Source of the DNA: an uncultured Acidobacteriaceae bacterium
GTDB taxonomy: Bacteria; Acidobacteriota; Terriglobia; Terriglobales; Acidobacteriaceae
Direction: 5' to 3'
Assembly (NCBI GenBank): GCA_963790555.1
Contig: CAWBPB010000019.1
Coordinates: 394,858 to 458,857 of the forward strand
Length of the DNA: 64,000 nt
Shown: positions 19,909 to 30,878 of the stretch, piece after piece
How the letters are laid out: each line of letters begins with the position of its first letter
Numbering within the stretch: the first letter of the stretch is position 1
The notes under the pieces: model-generated
What the model was told of the DNA's origin: nothing
The model's input: the letters and a program-made list of their open reading frames with translations, nothing else
Database searches by the model: none
Made by a program: the position numbers and the translations under genes

Positions 19909-20691
19909 ATGCCCCTCATCCGCCGCTTCGCTCTCGCGCTTCTCTTCTCTACTGCATTTGCCTCCGCACAGCAGACCACTCCGCCGCCCGCAGCGCCGGC
20001 AAGTCAGGACCTGCCTGACTCGCCCGCCGCGCAGACTGCGCCCGCGGTGGAGCCCACCGGGCCAACCGCGGTGCTCGACACCAGCATGGGGCGCATCACC
20101 TGCCGACTCTTCGACAAGCAGGCGCCGCAGACGGTGGCGAACTTCATCGGGCTGGCCGAGGGCACCAAGGACTGGACCGATCCCGCGACTCACGAAAAGG
20201 AGCATGGCAAGCCGCTCTACGACGGCACCATATTTCACCGCGTGATTCCCGGCTTTATGGCCCAGGGCGGCGATCCGATGGGCACCGGCATGGGCGATCC
20301 GGGCTACTACATCCAGGATGAGATCGACCCATCGCTGATGTTCGACGTGCCGGGGCGGCTCGCGATGGCGAACTCCGGTCCCAATACCGACGGATCGCAG
20401 TTCTTCGTCACGGAAGAGATCCAGCCCGATTTGAACGGCCATTACACGATCTTCGGGCAGTGCGATCCGTCGTCCGTTCTCGTCGTGAAGACGATCACAC
20501 GCGTGGAGCGCGATGGACGCGATAAGCCTCTGACGCCTGTGGTGCTGAAGAAAGTCACGATTGTGCCCGTAGGCCAGCCGCTGCCGCCGCCTCCAGCCGC
20601 TGATTCTGCGCCGCCCGCCGCGCCACCGGCGACAAACGCTGCACCGGCAACGCCCGCTGCGCCCCCGGCGCTCACTCCCAGGCCCAACTAG
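19909..20691 (+). CDS. Cyclophilin-type peptidyl-prolyl isomerase, exported, Pro/Ala-rich tails
   Basis: Signal peptide; FHRVIPGFMAQGGD, LAMANSGPNT.GSQFF. Confidence 0.93.
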   Translation: MPLIRRFALALLFSTAFASAQQTTPPPAAPASQDLPDSPAAQTAPAVEPTGPTAVLDTSMGRITCRLFDKQAPQTVANFIGLAEGTKDWTDPATHEKEHGKPLYDGTIFHRVIPGFMAQGGDPMGTGMGDPGYYIQDEIDPSLMFDVPGRLAMANSGPNTDGSQFFVTEEIQPDLNGHYTIFGQCDPSSVLVVKTITRVERDGRDKPLTPVVLKKVTIVPVGQPLPPPPAADSAPPAAPPATNAAPATPAAPPALTPRPN

Positions 20692-20765
20692 AGTTCCGGA
20701 ATCATCTTCGCGGCCGGCGCATTCGCCGGGCCGCCCTGCTAACGACCCAACAAGAAGGAGACTGC

Positions 20766-21297
20766 ATGGCACGTAACAACAGGCACCTATGCCACATTGA
20801 AGACCAGCGAAGGCACCATCGTGTGCCGCCTGTTTGAAAAGGAAGCGCCCAAGACGGTAGCGAATTTCATCGAGCTTGCCGAGGGCAAGCGGGAGTGGTC
20901 GCACCCCACGACGCGCGCGAAGTCCAACGACAAGCTCTACGACGGAACCATCTTCCACCGCGTGATTCCCGACTTCATGATCCAGGGTGGCGATCCGGCC
21001 GGCACCGGCATGGGCGGTCCCGGATACAAGTTCGAGGATGAGACCAAGGGCTCCGCGCATCGCTTCGACAAGCCGGGCAAGCTGGCCATGGCCAATGCCG
21101 GACCGAACACCAACGGCTCGCAGTTCTTCATCACGACGGCAAATACGGAGTGGCTGACCGGCAAGCACACCATCTTTGGTGAGGTGGTGGAGGGCCAGGA
21201 CGTGGCGGAGAAGATCAGCCGCCTGCCGCGCGGCGCACAGGACAAGCCAAAGACGCCGGTGGTGCTGGAAAGCGTGACCATCGAGCGCGTGGCGTAA
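20766..21297 (+). CDS. Cyclophilin-type peptidyl-prolyl isomerase, cytoplasmic (1-nt indel near start)
   Basis: AAGGAG RBS + ATG 20766; FHRVIPDFMIQGGD, LAMANAGPNTNGSQFFIT, WLTGKHTIFG. Confidence 0.93.
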
Positions 21298-21318
21298 GCG
21301 CGATTCGCACGAATGACA

Positions 21319-21340
21319 AAGGGCGAGGCTGCGGCCTCGC
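21319..21340 (+). terminator. GC hairpin after cyclophilin (copy 1 of 22-bp element)
   Basis: AAGGGCGAGGC-TGCG-GCCTCGC(CC). Confidence 0.7.
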
Positions 21341-21393
21341 CCTCCTGCGTTTTGCAAAAGGAGCGTAAGCTGATCGCGGAGGCACGGCGGCAA

Positions 21394-22097
21394 ATGGGAT
21401 TACGCCTCGGGGTGGCGATGCTTTGCCTATTGGCATCCGCCGCGGCATCGGACACGGGCAGAGCACATGCAACGGAGCCACCCGCTCCAGCGCTCGTCAA
21501 TCTCTCCATGCATGCAACGCCCCTTGAGTTGATAAGAGAGATCGGACTGCAAACGCGGGTTCCGATCGGCATTATTCCCGGCCAGGACGCAAACGCCCTC
21601 TGCAAATCGAAGAGCACCTTCGTCTTCCTTGGTGACCCTCCACGGGACTCACTGGAAGCGATCGCGCAGCAGCTACATTTCACGCTCAACCAGGAAGATG
21701 GCGTATTCGTGTTGACCGCGCCGGATGTCACGCCGCACCAGCGCGATGTTCTCGACCACCGTTTCCGCATCTACCGGTCCGGCAGAAAGACGATAGTGCA
21801 AGTGGTCAGCGTGCAGTTGAGCGAGGCGCTCTGGGCTGCTTACACCAAACCGACAGCTGCCGGTTTTGCCGGTTCGATTCCAACCTCGGTGCACGCGCCT
21901 AAGATTTCTCTGCCTCCGGTTCTGCACAACGTAACGGCCCAAGATATTGCGGCGCTCGTGGTCAAGTCGGGGCCTGGCGGGATCTATCTCTCCCGCATCA
22001 ACCCGTCGCGCGTGAACTCTTCGGACGATCTGAAGATTCAGTTCGAGTCGTATGGCGATCCGGGTCAACTGAAGCTTGACTATGAGCTGCCCGTAAA
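21394..22097 (+). CDS. Exported hypothetical protein (STN/N0-like N-terminal region); 3' end uncertain
   Basis: Signal-peptide-like N-terminus; PLELIREIG..VPIGI...LEAIAQQ..F.LNQEDGVF; appears fused in frame to the next gene. Confidence 0.5.
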
Positions 22098-22119
22098 CTG
22101 CGGCGAGGGAGAGCATGGC

Positions 22120-22458
22120 GTGGTCTTTACGAAACGTCTCCGCGAGGGAGTCCGCACCGGAAAGATCACCTGCAGTGTGCGCATCTGGATGCGACCGCAT
22201 GTGATCGTCGGCAATCGCTACCACATGGACGAAGGCGAGATCGAGATCGACTCCATCACGCCGATCGGTCTGCCTGATATCACACCAGAGCTGGCGCGAG
22301 AGTCAGGATTTCTGGGCGTGGTCGACCTGCTCAAGATCGCGAAACATGGCAAGGGCGAGAGGATTTATCTGATTCGGTTTCACTACATTCCTCCGCGAAA
22401 AACGCCAGCAAAACCGCTGAAGAGCATAAAAAGCGAGGCCGTAGCCTCGCCCTTCTAA
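22120..22458 (+). CDS. ASCH-domain protein
   Basis: VFTKRLREGVRTGKITCSVRIW, ITPELARESGF, YLIRFHY; own RBS-like GAGGGAG upstream. Confidence 0.75.
   Translation: MVFTKRLREGVRTGKITCSVRIWMRPHVIVGNRYHMDEGEIEIDSITPIGLPDITPELARESGFLGVVDLLKIAKHGKGERIYLIRFHYIPPRKTPAKPLKSIKSEAVASPF
22433..22454 (-). terminator. Terminator of mdh (copy 2 of 22-bp element)
   Basis: Minus strand AAGGGCGAGGC-TACG-GCCTCGC followed by TTTTT. Confidence 0.75.
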
Positions 22459-22472
22459 CGTGTGCAGCGGGT

Positions 22473-23399
22473 TTAGACCCCAATCACCGCGCAGAGTTCC
22501 TTCACCGCATCCGCGCTCTTCTTGAGAGCCTTTTCCTCTTCGGGCGTCAGCTTGATCTCGAGGATCTGCTCCAGACCCCTCTCACCCAGCTTGCATGGCA
22601 CGCCGATGTAGTAGCCGGTAATGCCGTACTCGCCTTGCAGGTAGGCCGCGCAGGGCAGGACCTTCTTCTTGTCCTTGAGGATCGCTTCGACCATCTCAAC
22701 TGCCGCCGCGGATGGCGCGTAGAAGGCGGAGCCGGTTTTCAGGTGCTTCACGATCTCGGCGCCGCCGTCACGCGTGCGCTGGACGATGCGGTCGATGGTG
22801 GCCTGGCTCATCAACTCGGAGATGGGGATGCCGGCAACGCTCGAATAGCGCGGCAGCGGCACCATGGTGTCGCCGTGGCCGCCGAGCACAAACGCGGTTA
22901 CGTTTTCGACGGAGACCTTCAGCTCTTCGGCGATGAAGGTGCGATAGCGCGCCGAGTCCAGCACGCCGGCCATGCCGATAACGCGCTCGCGATTGAACTT
23001 CGACTGCTTGAACGCCGCCTGCGCCATGGCGTCGAGCGGATTCGAGACGATGATGAGAATGGAGTTCGGCGCGACCGCGGTGATCTTATTCACCACGTCC
23101 GACATGATCTTATAGTTGGTCTGCAGCAGGTCGTCGCGGCTCATGCCGGGCTTGCGCGGAATACCTGCCGTGATGACCACGATGTCGGAGTTCGCCGCCT
23201 CGGCATAGTCGTTGGCGCCAATGACGTGCACGTCGCGCTTCTCGATCGGCATGGCTTCGAGCAGGTCGAGCGCCTTGCCCTGCGGGATGCCCTCCATTAC
23301 GTCAATCAACACAACGTCCGCTAATTCTTTAGCGGCAATCCAGTGCGCGGCGGTCGCGCCAACGTTTCCTGCTCCAACGATGGTTACTTTCTTACGCAT
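22473..23399 (-). CDS. mdh: Malate dehydrogenase (LDH-like)
   Basis: [35 protein letters not shown]. Confidence 0.97.
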   Translation of the reverse strand: MRKKVTIVGAGNVGATAAHWIAAKELADVVLIDVMEGIPQGKALDLLEAMPIEKRDVHVIGANDYAEAANSDIVVITAGIPRKPGMSRDDLLQTNYKIMSDVVNKITAVAPNSILIIVSNPLDAMAQAAFKQSKFNRERVIGMAGVLDSARYRTFIAEELKVSVENVTAFVLGGHGDTMVPLPRYSSVAGIPISELMSQATIDRIVQRTRDGGAEIVKHLKTGSAFYAPSAAAVEMVEAILKDKKKVLPCAAYLQGEYGITGYYIGVPCKLGERGLEQILEIKLTPEEEKALKKSADAVKELCAVIGV

Positions 23400-23441
23400 G
23401 TCTCTCCTGTCTAATATCGCCCTTCGGGTTGGCCGCAGGCG

Positions 23442-24839
23442 CTACTTCATGTTCTCAATCATTCGCGTTGCAAACTCGCTGGTCTTCACCTTGGTCGCGC
23501 CCTGCATCTGGCGCTCAAAGTCGTAGGTGACGTACTTCTGCTGGATGGTCTTCTCCATGGACGATTCCACCAGCCGCGCGGCCTCGCTCCAGCCCAGAAA
23601 ATCGAGCAGCATGACGCCGGAGAGCATGACCGAACCAGGATTGATGACGTCCTTGTCGGCATACTTCGGCGCAGTGCCATGCGTGGCCTCGAAGACCGCG
23701 AAGCCATCGCCGACGTTCGCGCCCGGCGCGATGCCGAGCCCGCCGACCTGCGCCGCTGCTGCATCGGAGATGTAATCGCCGTTCAGGTTGGAGGTGGCAA
23801 GAATGCTGTAGTCCTCCGGCCGGATGATGATCTGCTGGAAGATGGAGTCGGCGATGCGGTCGTTGATCATCACCTTCTGCTTCCACTTGCCGCCGCCGTG
23901 CGACTTGCCGATCTTGTCGATGACGGATTTGATTTCGGCATAGAGCCCCTGACGGAAGGCATCGTTGCCAAACTCGAGACCAGGTTCGATCAGCGCGGCG
24001 TTCTGCTCGACCGTGAGGTTCGGGTTGGCTTCGAGATTGCCGAGGATCCAGCTCTCGCGCTCGGTCACGGTCTGGTCGCGGAATTCTTCCGTAGCGACTT
24101 CATAGCCCCACTCGCGAAAGGCGCCTTCGGTGAACTTCTGGATGTTGCCCTTGTGGACGAGCGTGACGGTCTTGCGGCCGTTATCGATGGCGTACTGAAT
24201 GGCGACGCGCACTAGCCGCTTGGTGCCGGTGATGGAGATGGGCTTGATGCCGACGCCGGAGTCGGCGCGGACCTTCTTCTTGCCACCCATGTCGTTGTTC
24301 AGGAAGTCGATGAGCTTCTTCGCCTCGGGCGTGCCTTCGCGGAACTCGATGCCGGAATACACGTCCTCGGTATTCTCGCGGAAGATCACCACGTCGAGCT
24401 TCTCCGGATGCTTCACCGGACTGGGCACGCCGCTGTAGTACTTCACCGGGCGGATGCAGGAGTAGAGATCAAGCGTCTGGCGCAGCGCGACGTTCAGCGA
24501 GCGAATGCCGCCGCCGACCGGCGTGGTAAGCGGCCCTTTGATGGAAACGCGCAGATCCCGCGCGGCATTTACGGAATCGTCGGGAAGCCAGTTCTGGAAC
24601 TGGCGAAAGGCCTTCTCGCCGGCGAAGATTTCGAACCACTGGATGCTGCGCTTGCCGCCATACGCCTTCTGGACCGCTGCGTCGAAGACGCGCTGCGAGG
24701 CGCGCCAGATATCGCGGCCCGTGCCGTCGCCTTCGATATAGGGAACGATGGGGTGGTCCGGAACCTGATACTTGCCGTTGACATACTGGATCGCCTCGCC
24801 GCCCTGGGGTAGGGCTACGCCGTTGTAGCTCTTCTGCAT
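23442..24839 (-). CDS. icd: NADP-dependent isocitrate dehydrogenase
   Basis: [52 protein letters not shown]. Confidence 0.97.
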   Translation of the reverse strand: MQKSYNGVALPQGGEAIQYVNGKYQVPDHPIVPYIEGDGTGRDIWRASQRVFDAAVQKAYGGKRSIQWFEIFAGEKAFRQFQNWLPDDSVNAARDLRVSIKGPLTTPVGGGIRSLNVALRQTLDLYSCIRPVKYYSGVPSPVKHPEKLDVVIFRENTEDVYSGIEFREGTPEAKKLIDFLNNDMGGKKKVRADSGVGIKPISITGTKRLVRVAIQYAIDNGRKTVTLVHKGNIQKFTEGAFREWGYEVATEEFRDQTVTERESWILGNLEANPNLTVEQNAALIEPGLEFGNDAFRQGLYAEIKSVIDKIGKSHGGGKWKQKVMINDRIADSIFQQIIIRPEDYSILATSNLNGDYISDAAAAQVGGLGIAPGANVGDGFAVFEATHGTAPKYADKDVINPGSVMLSGVMLLDFLGWSEAARLVESSMEKTIQQKYVTYDFERQMQGATKVKTSEFATRMIENMK

Positions 24840-24988
24840 GAGGTCCGGGTGCTCCGTGGAGTGGAATACGTGTCGCTACTTCAATCCTTCACGCTAACAC
24901 CCTGACCGCGTTGCCGCAATGTGGGCCACGCCGCGAAGGGAACGGTATCATCATCTCTTCGAGACTCATGAACCAGAAAGAGGTGCCG

Positions 24989-26095
24989 ATGCTGCCCGCC
25001 TGCCGACGCGTGCTTTGCCTGCTGATTGCAACCCTTACCGCCGCCGCAGTCGCCCCGGCACAGACGCGCGTGGCCATCGTCGGCCTCGAGCATGGCCACG
25101 TCGCGGGATTTCTGCCCCAACTGCCAAAGCATCCGGAGGTGCAGTTGGTGGGCGTCGCCGATCCCGATCCCGCGCTGCGGCAAAAATACGCCACGCAGTT
25201 CCATCTCGATCCGAAGATCTTCTTCCCCACAGAAGAGGCGATGATCGAGGCGACGCATCCGCAGGCGGTTCTGGTCTACACGTCAGTCGCCGGGCACCGC
25301 CCCGCGATAGAAGTCGCGGCACGCCATCATGTTGCCGTCATGGTGGAGAAGCCGCTCACCATCTCGCTAGACGATGCGTTGGCCATCCGCAAAATCTCGC
25401 GAGAGGAGCACGTGCCGGTGCTGGTGAACTACGAGACGACGTGGTACGCGTCGAACAAGGCTGCATACGACGAGCTCGAAAGCGGTCATCTCGGGCCGCT
25501 GCGCAAGCTGGTGGTGCATGATGGGCACGAAGGCCCGGCGGAGATCGGCGTGCAGCCGGAGTTCCTGAAGTGGCTTACCGATCCTGTGCAGAATGGCGCG
25601 GGCGCGCTGTATGACTTCGGCTGCTACGGCGTGGACCTGGCGACCTGGCTGCAGCACGGCGAAGCGCCGCTGACCGTGACCGCCGTGACGCAGCAGTTGA
25701 AGCCGGAAGAGTATCCCCGCGTGGACGACGAGGGCACCATCATCCTGACTTATCCGCATGCGCAGGCAATCATTCAGGGCTCGTGGAACTGGCCCTTCGG
25801 TCGCAAGGACATGGAGGTCTACGGCGCCACCGGATACCTGAAGACGATCAAGAGCGACAAGGTGCTGGAGCGCACGAAGGGTGAGGCTGACGCGGCGGAG
25901 CGCGAGGCCACGCCTCTCGCTCCGCCGGAAGACGGCTCGATCGACTACCTGGTTGCGGTGCTTGACGGCAAGCTGAAGCCGCAGGGCGACTTGACCGCGC
26001 TGGATACGAACGTGATCGTGATGCAGATCCTGGATGCAGCACGGACGTCGGCAAAGACCGGACAGACGGTCAAGCTAACGCCTTTGCCGAAATAG
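24989..26095 (+). CDS. Gfo/Idh/MocA family oxidoreductase with signal peptide
   Basis: VAIVGLEHGH, VMVEKPL, GALYDFGCYG. Confidence 0.9.
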   Translation: MLPACRRVLCLLIATLTAAAVAPAQTRVAIVGLEHGHVAGFLPQLPKHPEVQLVGVADPDPALRQKYATQFHLDPKIFFPTEEAMIEATHPQAVLVYTSVAGHRPAIEVAARHHVAVMVEKPLTISLDDALAIRKISREEHVPVLVNYETTWYASNKAAYDELESGHLGPLRKLVVHDGHEGPAEIGVQPEFLKWLTDPVQNGAGALYDFGCYGVDLATWLQHGEAPLTVTAVTQQLKPEEYPRVDDEGTIILTYPHAQAIIQGSWNWPFGRKDMEVYGATGYLKTIKSDKVLERTKGEADAAEREATPLAPPEDGSIDYLVAVLDGKLKPQGDLTALDTNVIVMQILDAARTSAKTGQTVKLTPLPK

Positions 26096-26108
26096 TCGGA
26101 GACTTCCG

Positions 26109-26135
26109 GGAACGAACAGCTCCCGGCGCCCGTAT
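26109..26135 (+). promoter_or_regulatory. Possible ECF-sigma promoter of the stand-alone ADOP gene
   Basis: GGAAC-N17-CGTAT, 18 nt before the ATG. Confidence 0.3.
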
Positions 26136-26153
26136 CTGCCCCAGAGGCCCTCC

Positions 26154-28709
26154 ATGGAAACTCTGCGGCAGGACATTGCCTACACGCTGCGCCAGATGCG
26201 CCAGTCCCCAGTTTTCACGCTGACGACCATGCTAACGCTGGCGCTGGGCATCGGTGCGACGACCGCGATCTTTTCGCTCATCAACACGGTGATGCTGAAG
26301 TCGCTGCCCGTGGTCGACCCGGCAAGCCTCTATCGCATTGGCAGCGGACAGGATTGCTGCGTCCAGGGCAGCCCGCAGGACGACTGGGGCATGTTCTCCT
26401 ATCGCTTCTATCTGCGGATGAAGGATGCCGCGCCGGAGTTCGCGGAGCTTGCCGCGTTCCAGGCGGGCGGAACGCAGCTCAGCGCACGGCGCGGCGAGAG
26501 CGACCGCATCGCCAAGCCCATTCGCGGCGAATTCATCACCGGCAACTACTTTTCGACCTTCGGAATCAACCCCTTCTCCGGCCGCACCATCCATCCCTCC
26601 GATGACCAGCCAACCGCAGCGCCCGTCGCGATGCTCAGCTATCGCGCGTGGCAGCAGCAGTACGGCTCCGACCCCAAGATGGTCGGCTCCTCCATGATCC
26701 TGGACGGCCACGCGGTCACCATCGTCGGCATCACGCCTCCCGGCTTCTTCGGGGAGACGCTGCGCAGCGATCCGCCGGAGGTCTGGCTTCCCATGCAGCA
26801 GGAGCCGATCTTCCGCGGAACCAACTCTCTGCTGCATACCTTTCCGGCATGGCTGCGCGTGATCGGCCGGCTCAAGCCCGGAGCATCGCCCAACGCGCTT
26901 CCCTCACGCCTTACCAGCCTGCTGCGCGTGTGGCTGGTCGATGAGAGCGGCATGCCGGCGGAGTGGATGACGGGCATCAAGGCCGGGTTGTCGAAACAGA
27001 ACATCAAGGTGGTCCCCGCGGGCACAGGGGTCGGCGTCATGAAGGAGAACTACGCTGACAGCCTGCACATTCTGCTCGCGGTATGCCTGCTGGTGCTGCT
27101 GATCGCCTGCGCCAACATCGCGAATCTCCTGCTGGCGCGCGGAACGGCGCGGAGGGCGCAAACGGCGGTCCGGCTGGCACTCGGCGCAAACCGCGGACGG
27201 CTCATCCGGCAATCGCTGACAGAGAGCATCGTGCTCTCCATCTTCGGCGGAGCGGCCGGCCTCGCAGTGGCGTATCTCGGCGTGAAGGCGGTTGTGGCGC
27301 TCGCCTTCCACGGAGCGAAATACGTGCCGATCGATGCCGCGCCGTCGCTGCCGGTTCTGGCATTTGCGTTCGCTCTCTCGCTCGTCACCGGCATGCTCTT
27401 CGGAACAGCGCCGGCGTGGCTTGCGTCCCATGCCGATCCGGCGGAGGCCCTGCGCGGCGCGAACCGCACCACCCGCGACCGTTCTTCGTTCTCGCAGAAG
27501 ATTCTGGTCATCGTGCAGGCCACGCTGTCCGTGGTGTTGCTGGCGGGCGCGGGCCTGCTGACGCATAGCCTTTCCAACCTGCAGCACCAGGACTTCGGTT
27601 ATGAGACGGATCACCGCGTCACCATCAGCCTGACGGCGCCCTTCTCGTCGTATCCGCAGCCGAAGCTGGACGCGATGTATCGCGAGCTGCAGGACCGGCT
27701 CTCACACATTCCCGGCGTCGAAAGCGCAGCACTCGCGCAGTACACGCCCTTGCAGGACAACTGGGGCGAGATCGTGATCCGCCAGGGACACGGCATGCCC
27801 AACATGAACGAGGAAATCGGCTCTTCCTGGGACCATGTCAATCCCGGCTATCTGGAGACGCTTGGTGAACCCATCCTGCGCGGGCGCTCGATCACCGCAC
27901 AGGACACGGCGACGGCGCAGAATATTGTCGTGGTCAACGAAGCCTTCGTGAAGAGATTCTTCAAGCCCGGCGAGGAGCCGCTGGGCGCGCACTTCGGGCT
28001 CGATCTGCCGCGTTACAGCAATACTTTCGAGATCGTCGGAATCGTACGCAATGCGAAGTACAACGATCCGGCAAGCACCGACCCGCCGCGGCCGCTGTTC
28101 TTTGTGCCGCTCGCGCAGCGAACCCACTACGACGCTGGACTCATGCAGACCATTGACGACAGCACGCATTTCATCGAAGGCGCGGTTCTGCACCTGCACG
28201 GCAGCATGGAAGGTCTTGAGTCGGAAGTTCGGCACGTTCTGAGCGATGTGGATCCGAATCTCACGCTGCTGAACATTCAGACTCTGCGGGAGCAGGTAGA
28301 TTCGAATTTTGACCAGCAGCGTGCCGTCGCGCGTATGACTGGCTTGTTCGGCATCCTCGCGCTGCTGCTCGCAGCAGTCGGACTCTATGGTGTGACGGCT
28401 TACACTGTGGAGCGGCGTACCAGCGAGATCGGGGTCCGGATGGCGCTTGGCGCGGACCGCATGAACGTTGTCCGGCTGGTGCTGCGCGGGGCCTTTCTGC
28501 AGATACTCATCGGCCTCGCGATCGGGATTCCCATCTCCATCGGCTGTTCGCGGCTCATCTCGGCGCAGCTGTATCAGGTGAAGGGATGGGACCCGCTGGT
28601 GCTGGGCGGATCGGTCCTCGCACTCATTTTCTGCGCCTTCTTTGCCAGCATCATCCCGGCACGGCGGGCAGCTTCCATCAACCCCGTCAAGGCGCTGCGC
28701 ACCGAGTAA
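26154..28709 (+). CDS. ADOP family duplicated ABC permease (intact, stand-alone)
   Basis: [73 protein letters not shown]. Confidence 0.95.
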   Translation: METLRQDIAYTLRQMRQSPVFTLTTMLTLALGIGATTAIFSLINTVMLKSLPVVDPASLYRIGSGQDCCVQGSPQDDWGMFSYRFYLRMKDAAPEFAELAAFQAGGTQLSARRGESDRIAKPIRGEFITGNYFSTFGINPFSGRTIHPSDDQPTAAPVAMLSYRAWQQQYGSDPKMVGSSMILDGHAVTIVGITPPGFFGETLRSDPPEVWLPMQQEPIFRGTNSLLHTFPAWLRVIGRLKPGASPNALPSRLTSLLRVWLVDESGMPAEWMTGIKAGLSKQNIKVVPAGTGVGVMKENYADSLHILLAVCLLVLLIACANIANLLLARGTARRAQTAVRLALGANRGRLIRQSLTESIVLSIFGGAAGLAVAYLGVKAVVALAFHGAKYVPIDAAPSLPVLAFAFALSLVTGMLFGTAPAWLASHADPAEALRGANRTTRDRSSFSQKILVIVQATLSVVLLAGAGLLTHSLSNLQHQDFGYETDHRVTISLTAPFSSYPQPKLDAMYRELQDRLSHIPGVESAALAQYTPLQDNWGEIVIRQGHGMPNMNEEIGSSWDHVNPGYLETLGEPILRGRSITAQDTATAQNIVVVNEAFVKRFFKPGEEPLGAHFGLDLPRYSNTFEIVGIVRNAKYNDPASTDPPRPLFFVPLAQRTHYDAGLMQTIDDSTHFIEGAVLHLHGSMEGLESEVRHVLSDVDPNLTLLNIQTLREQVDSNFDQQRAVARMTGLFGILALLLAAVGLYGVTAYTVERRTSEIGVRMALGADRMNVVRLVLRGAFLQILIGLAIGIPISIGCSRLISAQLYQVKGWDPLVLGGSVLALIFCAFFASIIPARRAASINPVKALRTE

Positions 28710-28747
28710 GGCGGAGGAGGCGTAATCTAGAGGGCAGAGGGTCCGCT

Positions 28748-29599
28748 TTGCGTCGTCCGTGTTTGCGTCATCTCTGTCTGCTGCTTGCCGTCTCGCTCGC
28801 TCTTCCCGCCCTGGCGCAGTATTCCGCCGAAAAGCCGCTGGGAGCCGCGGCGCAATCGACGCCCGCGTTTCTGAAGAACGCCGGGATCGACCAGCGGCTG
28901 GGCACACAGATCCCGCTCAATCTGCACTTCCGTGACGCTGCCGGTGCCGATGCGCCGCTGGGGCAGTACTTCGGCAAAAAGCCTGTTGCGATGGCGATGG
29001 TGTATTACAAATGCGCCATGCTGTGCCCGCAGGTGCTGCACGGGTTGGCCGCTTCGCTTTCGCAGACCGGCTATGCGCCGGCGCGCGATTACGACGTGAT
29101 CGTTGCCAGCATCGACCCCACCGACACGCCCGCGGATGCCGCTGCCGCGCGGCAGAAGTTTGTGACGGAGCTTGGCGGGACGGTCCCCGCAGGCAGCGTG
29201 CATTTCCTGACCGGCCAGCAGCCGGAGATCACGGCGCTGGCGAATGCGATCGGCTTTCACTATGTGCGCGTCCCGGGGCCGGACGGCAAGATGACGCAGT
29301 TCGCTCATTCCAGCGTCATCATGGTCGCCACGCCGGAAGGCAAGCTCTCGAAGTACCTGACCGGCGTGGAATACCAGCCGCGCGATGTAAGGCTCGCGCT
29401 GCTCGAGGCCAGCGATCACCGCATCGGTTCGGCGACCGACCTGATCCTGCTCTACTGCTGCAGCTACTCGCCGACGGAGGGCCGCTACACCGTCTCCGTG
29501 TTGCGCGTGCTCGGGTTGGCCGGCATGGCGAGCGTCTTCGGGCTGGCGCTGATGCTCTATCTGCTCGCGCGCAAGCCGAAGGTAAAGACCGCTGCTTAA
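28748..29599 (+). CDS. SCO1/SenC family copper chaperone
   Basis: GIDQRLG, YYKCAMLC (CxxxC), FAHSS His, C-terminal TM. Confidence 0.88.
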   Translation: MRRPCLRHLCLLLAVSLALPALAQYSAEKPLGAAAQSTPAFLKNAGIDQRLGTQIPLNLHFRDAAGADAPLGQYFGKKPVAMAMVYYKCAMLCPQVLHGLAASLSQTGYAPARDYDVIVASIDPTDTPADAAAARQKFVTELGGTVPAGSVHFLTGQQPEITALANAIGFHYVRVPGPDGKMTQFAHSSVIMVATPEGKLSKYLTGVEYQPRDVRLALLEASDHRIGSATDLILLYCCSYSPTEGRYTVSVLRVLGLAGMASVFGLALMLYLLARKPKVKTAA

Positions 29600-30672
29600 T
29601 TCCCCGCCCGCTTAGCCAGCATCTCTGCGGCTTTCGTCAGCAGGCGGCTCAGGACGCTGTCGTTGTCGTAGCCGGAGCTCCAGGCGCGGCGTTGCCCTGC
29701 CGCGGCAATCCTCGCACGGGCCGGCTCATCGTTCAGGTAGCGATCGATCTTCGCGCGGCACTCTTCGAAATCGGAGAAGAAGACCGCCTCCTCGTCCTCG
29801 CGGAAGCAGGCCAGGTGTTCCGCAGTTCGCTCGGCCAGCAGAAAGCCTCCGCATGCCGTGATCTCGAAAGACTTCTGCGCCACCTGGTCGCTGTTGCTGT
29901 GGGTCACGAAGGCGAGATTGATGCGCGAGCGCCAGATGGCTTCGCGGTACGCATCGGCGACCAGCTCACCCACGCGGAAGGTTCCGGCAAATGCATCCGC
30001 AGGCAGAGCCGCCTGCCAATGTGGGCGCGATCCGGAGATGTCGACGGCCACGCCGGCACGCCAGAGACGAGCCAGAAAATCCGCACGGTCATCATAGGGC
30101 GTCCCGATGAAGGAGACCTGGCGGTCGCGATTTCCGTCGTTCCAATCCGGCGGCGGAGGATAGTGGACGGTTCGCTCAAAGCCGTTCAGGATACGTACCA
30201 CCTCCCGCGCACCGGCCTTGCGATAGTCCGTCAGGCTGACGTCGCGCTGCACCCCCGTCAGATCGAAACCGGGAACCGTGCGGCGGTAGAGACGCCAGCC
30301 TGGATCATTCCGCGGGCCAAAGGGATTGTCGATCACGAAGTCGATACAGAAGACGCCGCTTTCACGCAGCCGGCGAAGGGTCTTCGGGTGCAACTGGAGC
30401 GCCTTGTCGAAAATCGCGATCTGCGCCTGCTCGCGACGCGCAATCGCGAGCACATCGCGGTTGAACTGCGCGACCTCCGGTCCGATTTGCAGCCGGAATT
30501 GCACTTTGCCGCGGATACCCGGCGCACCATACTGATCCCGGTCAAGCACCGCGACATGTTCCAGCCCCAGTCGACGTAGCGCTCCCAGGCGGTAGACGCC
30601 GAAGTGATTGGGCGTGAGACTGGTGACAAACAGCACACGCAGATGCCCAAGCGCCTCCACCTGCATTTCCAT
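29596..30672 (-). CDS. CgeB-like (GT-B) glycosyltransferase
   Basis: VSFIGT...R, SRINLAF, KSFEITACGGFLL, EEAVFF, RIAAAGQRR. Confidence 0.85.
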   Translation of the reverse strand: MEMQVEALGHLRVLFVTSLTPNHFGVYRLGALRRLGLEHVAVLDRDQYGAPGIRGKVQFRLQIGPEVAQFNRDVLAIARREQAQIAIFDKALQLHPKTLRRLRESGVFCIDFVIDNPFGPRNDPGWRLYRRTVPGFDLTGVQRDVSLTDYRKAGAREVVRILNGFERTVHYPPPPDWNDGNRDRQVSFIGTPYDDRADFLARLWRAGVAVDISGSRPHWQAALPADAFAGTFRVGELVADAYREAIWRSRINLAFVTHSNSDQVAQKSFEITACGGFLLAERTAEHLACFREDEEAVFFSDFEECRAKIDRYLNDEPARARIAAAGQRRAWSSGYDNDSVLSRLLTKAAEMLAKRAGN

Positions 30673-30878
30673 CAATCCTGACCCCGCATGTTCGGAATAC
30701 CCTATCCTACGCAGAGGCGCACGACACCCGCGGTTTCTGGGCATTCACATCGCTTCTATCGTATTCTGTGAAAACAGCATAAATTCGCGAGACATGCCGT
30801 CTGGATAGTCTCCATTGCTGTGATACTTTTCACTGGGGAATCCGGCGCCGCCGTGCCCCCATCCGGAGGAACAACACG

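Noticed and set aside
21313-22458. Exported protein fused to an ASCH domain
   Set aside because: The ASCH part has its own RBS-like sequence and start, and a TAA lies in another frame just upstream; likely an indel artefact, not proven
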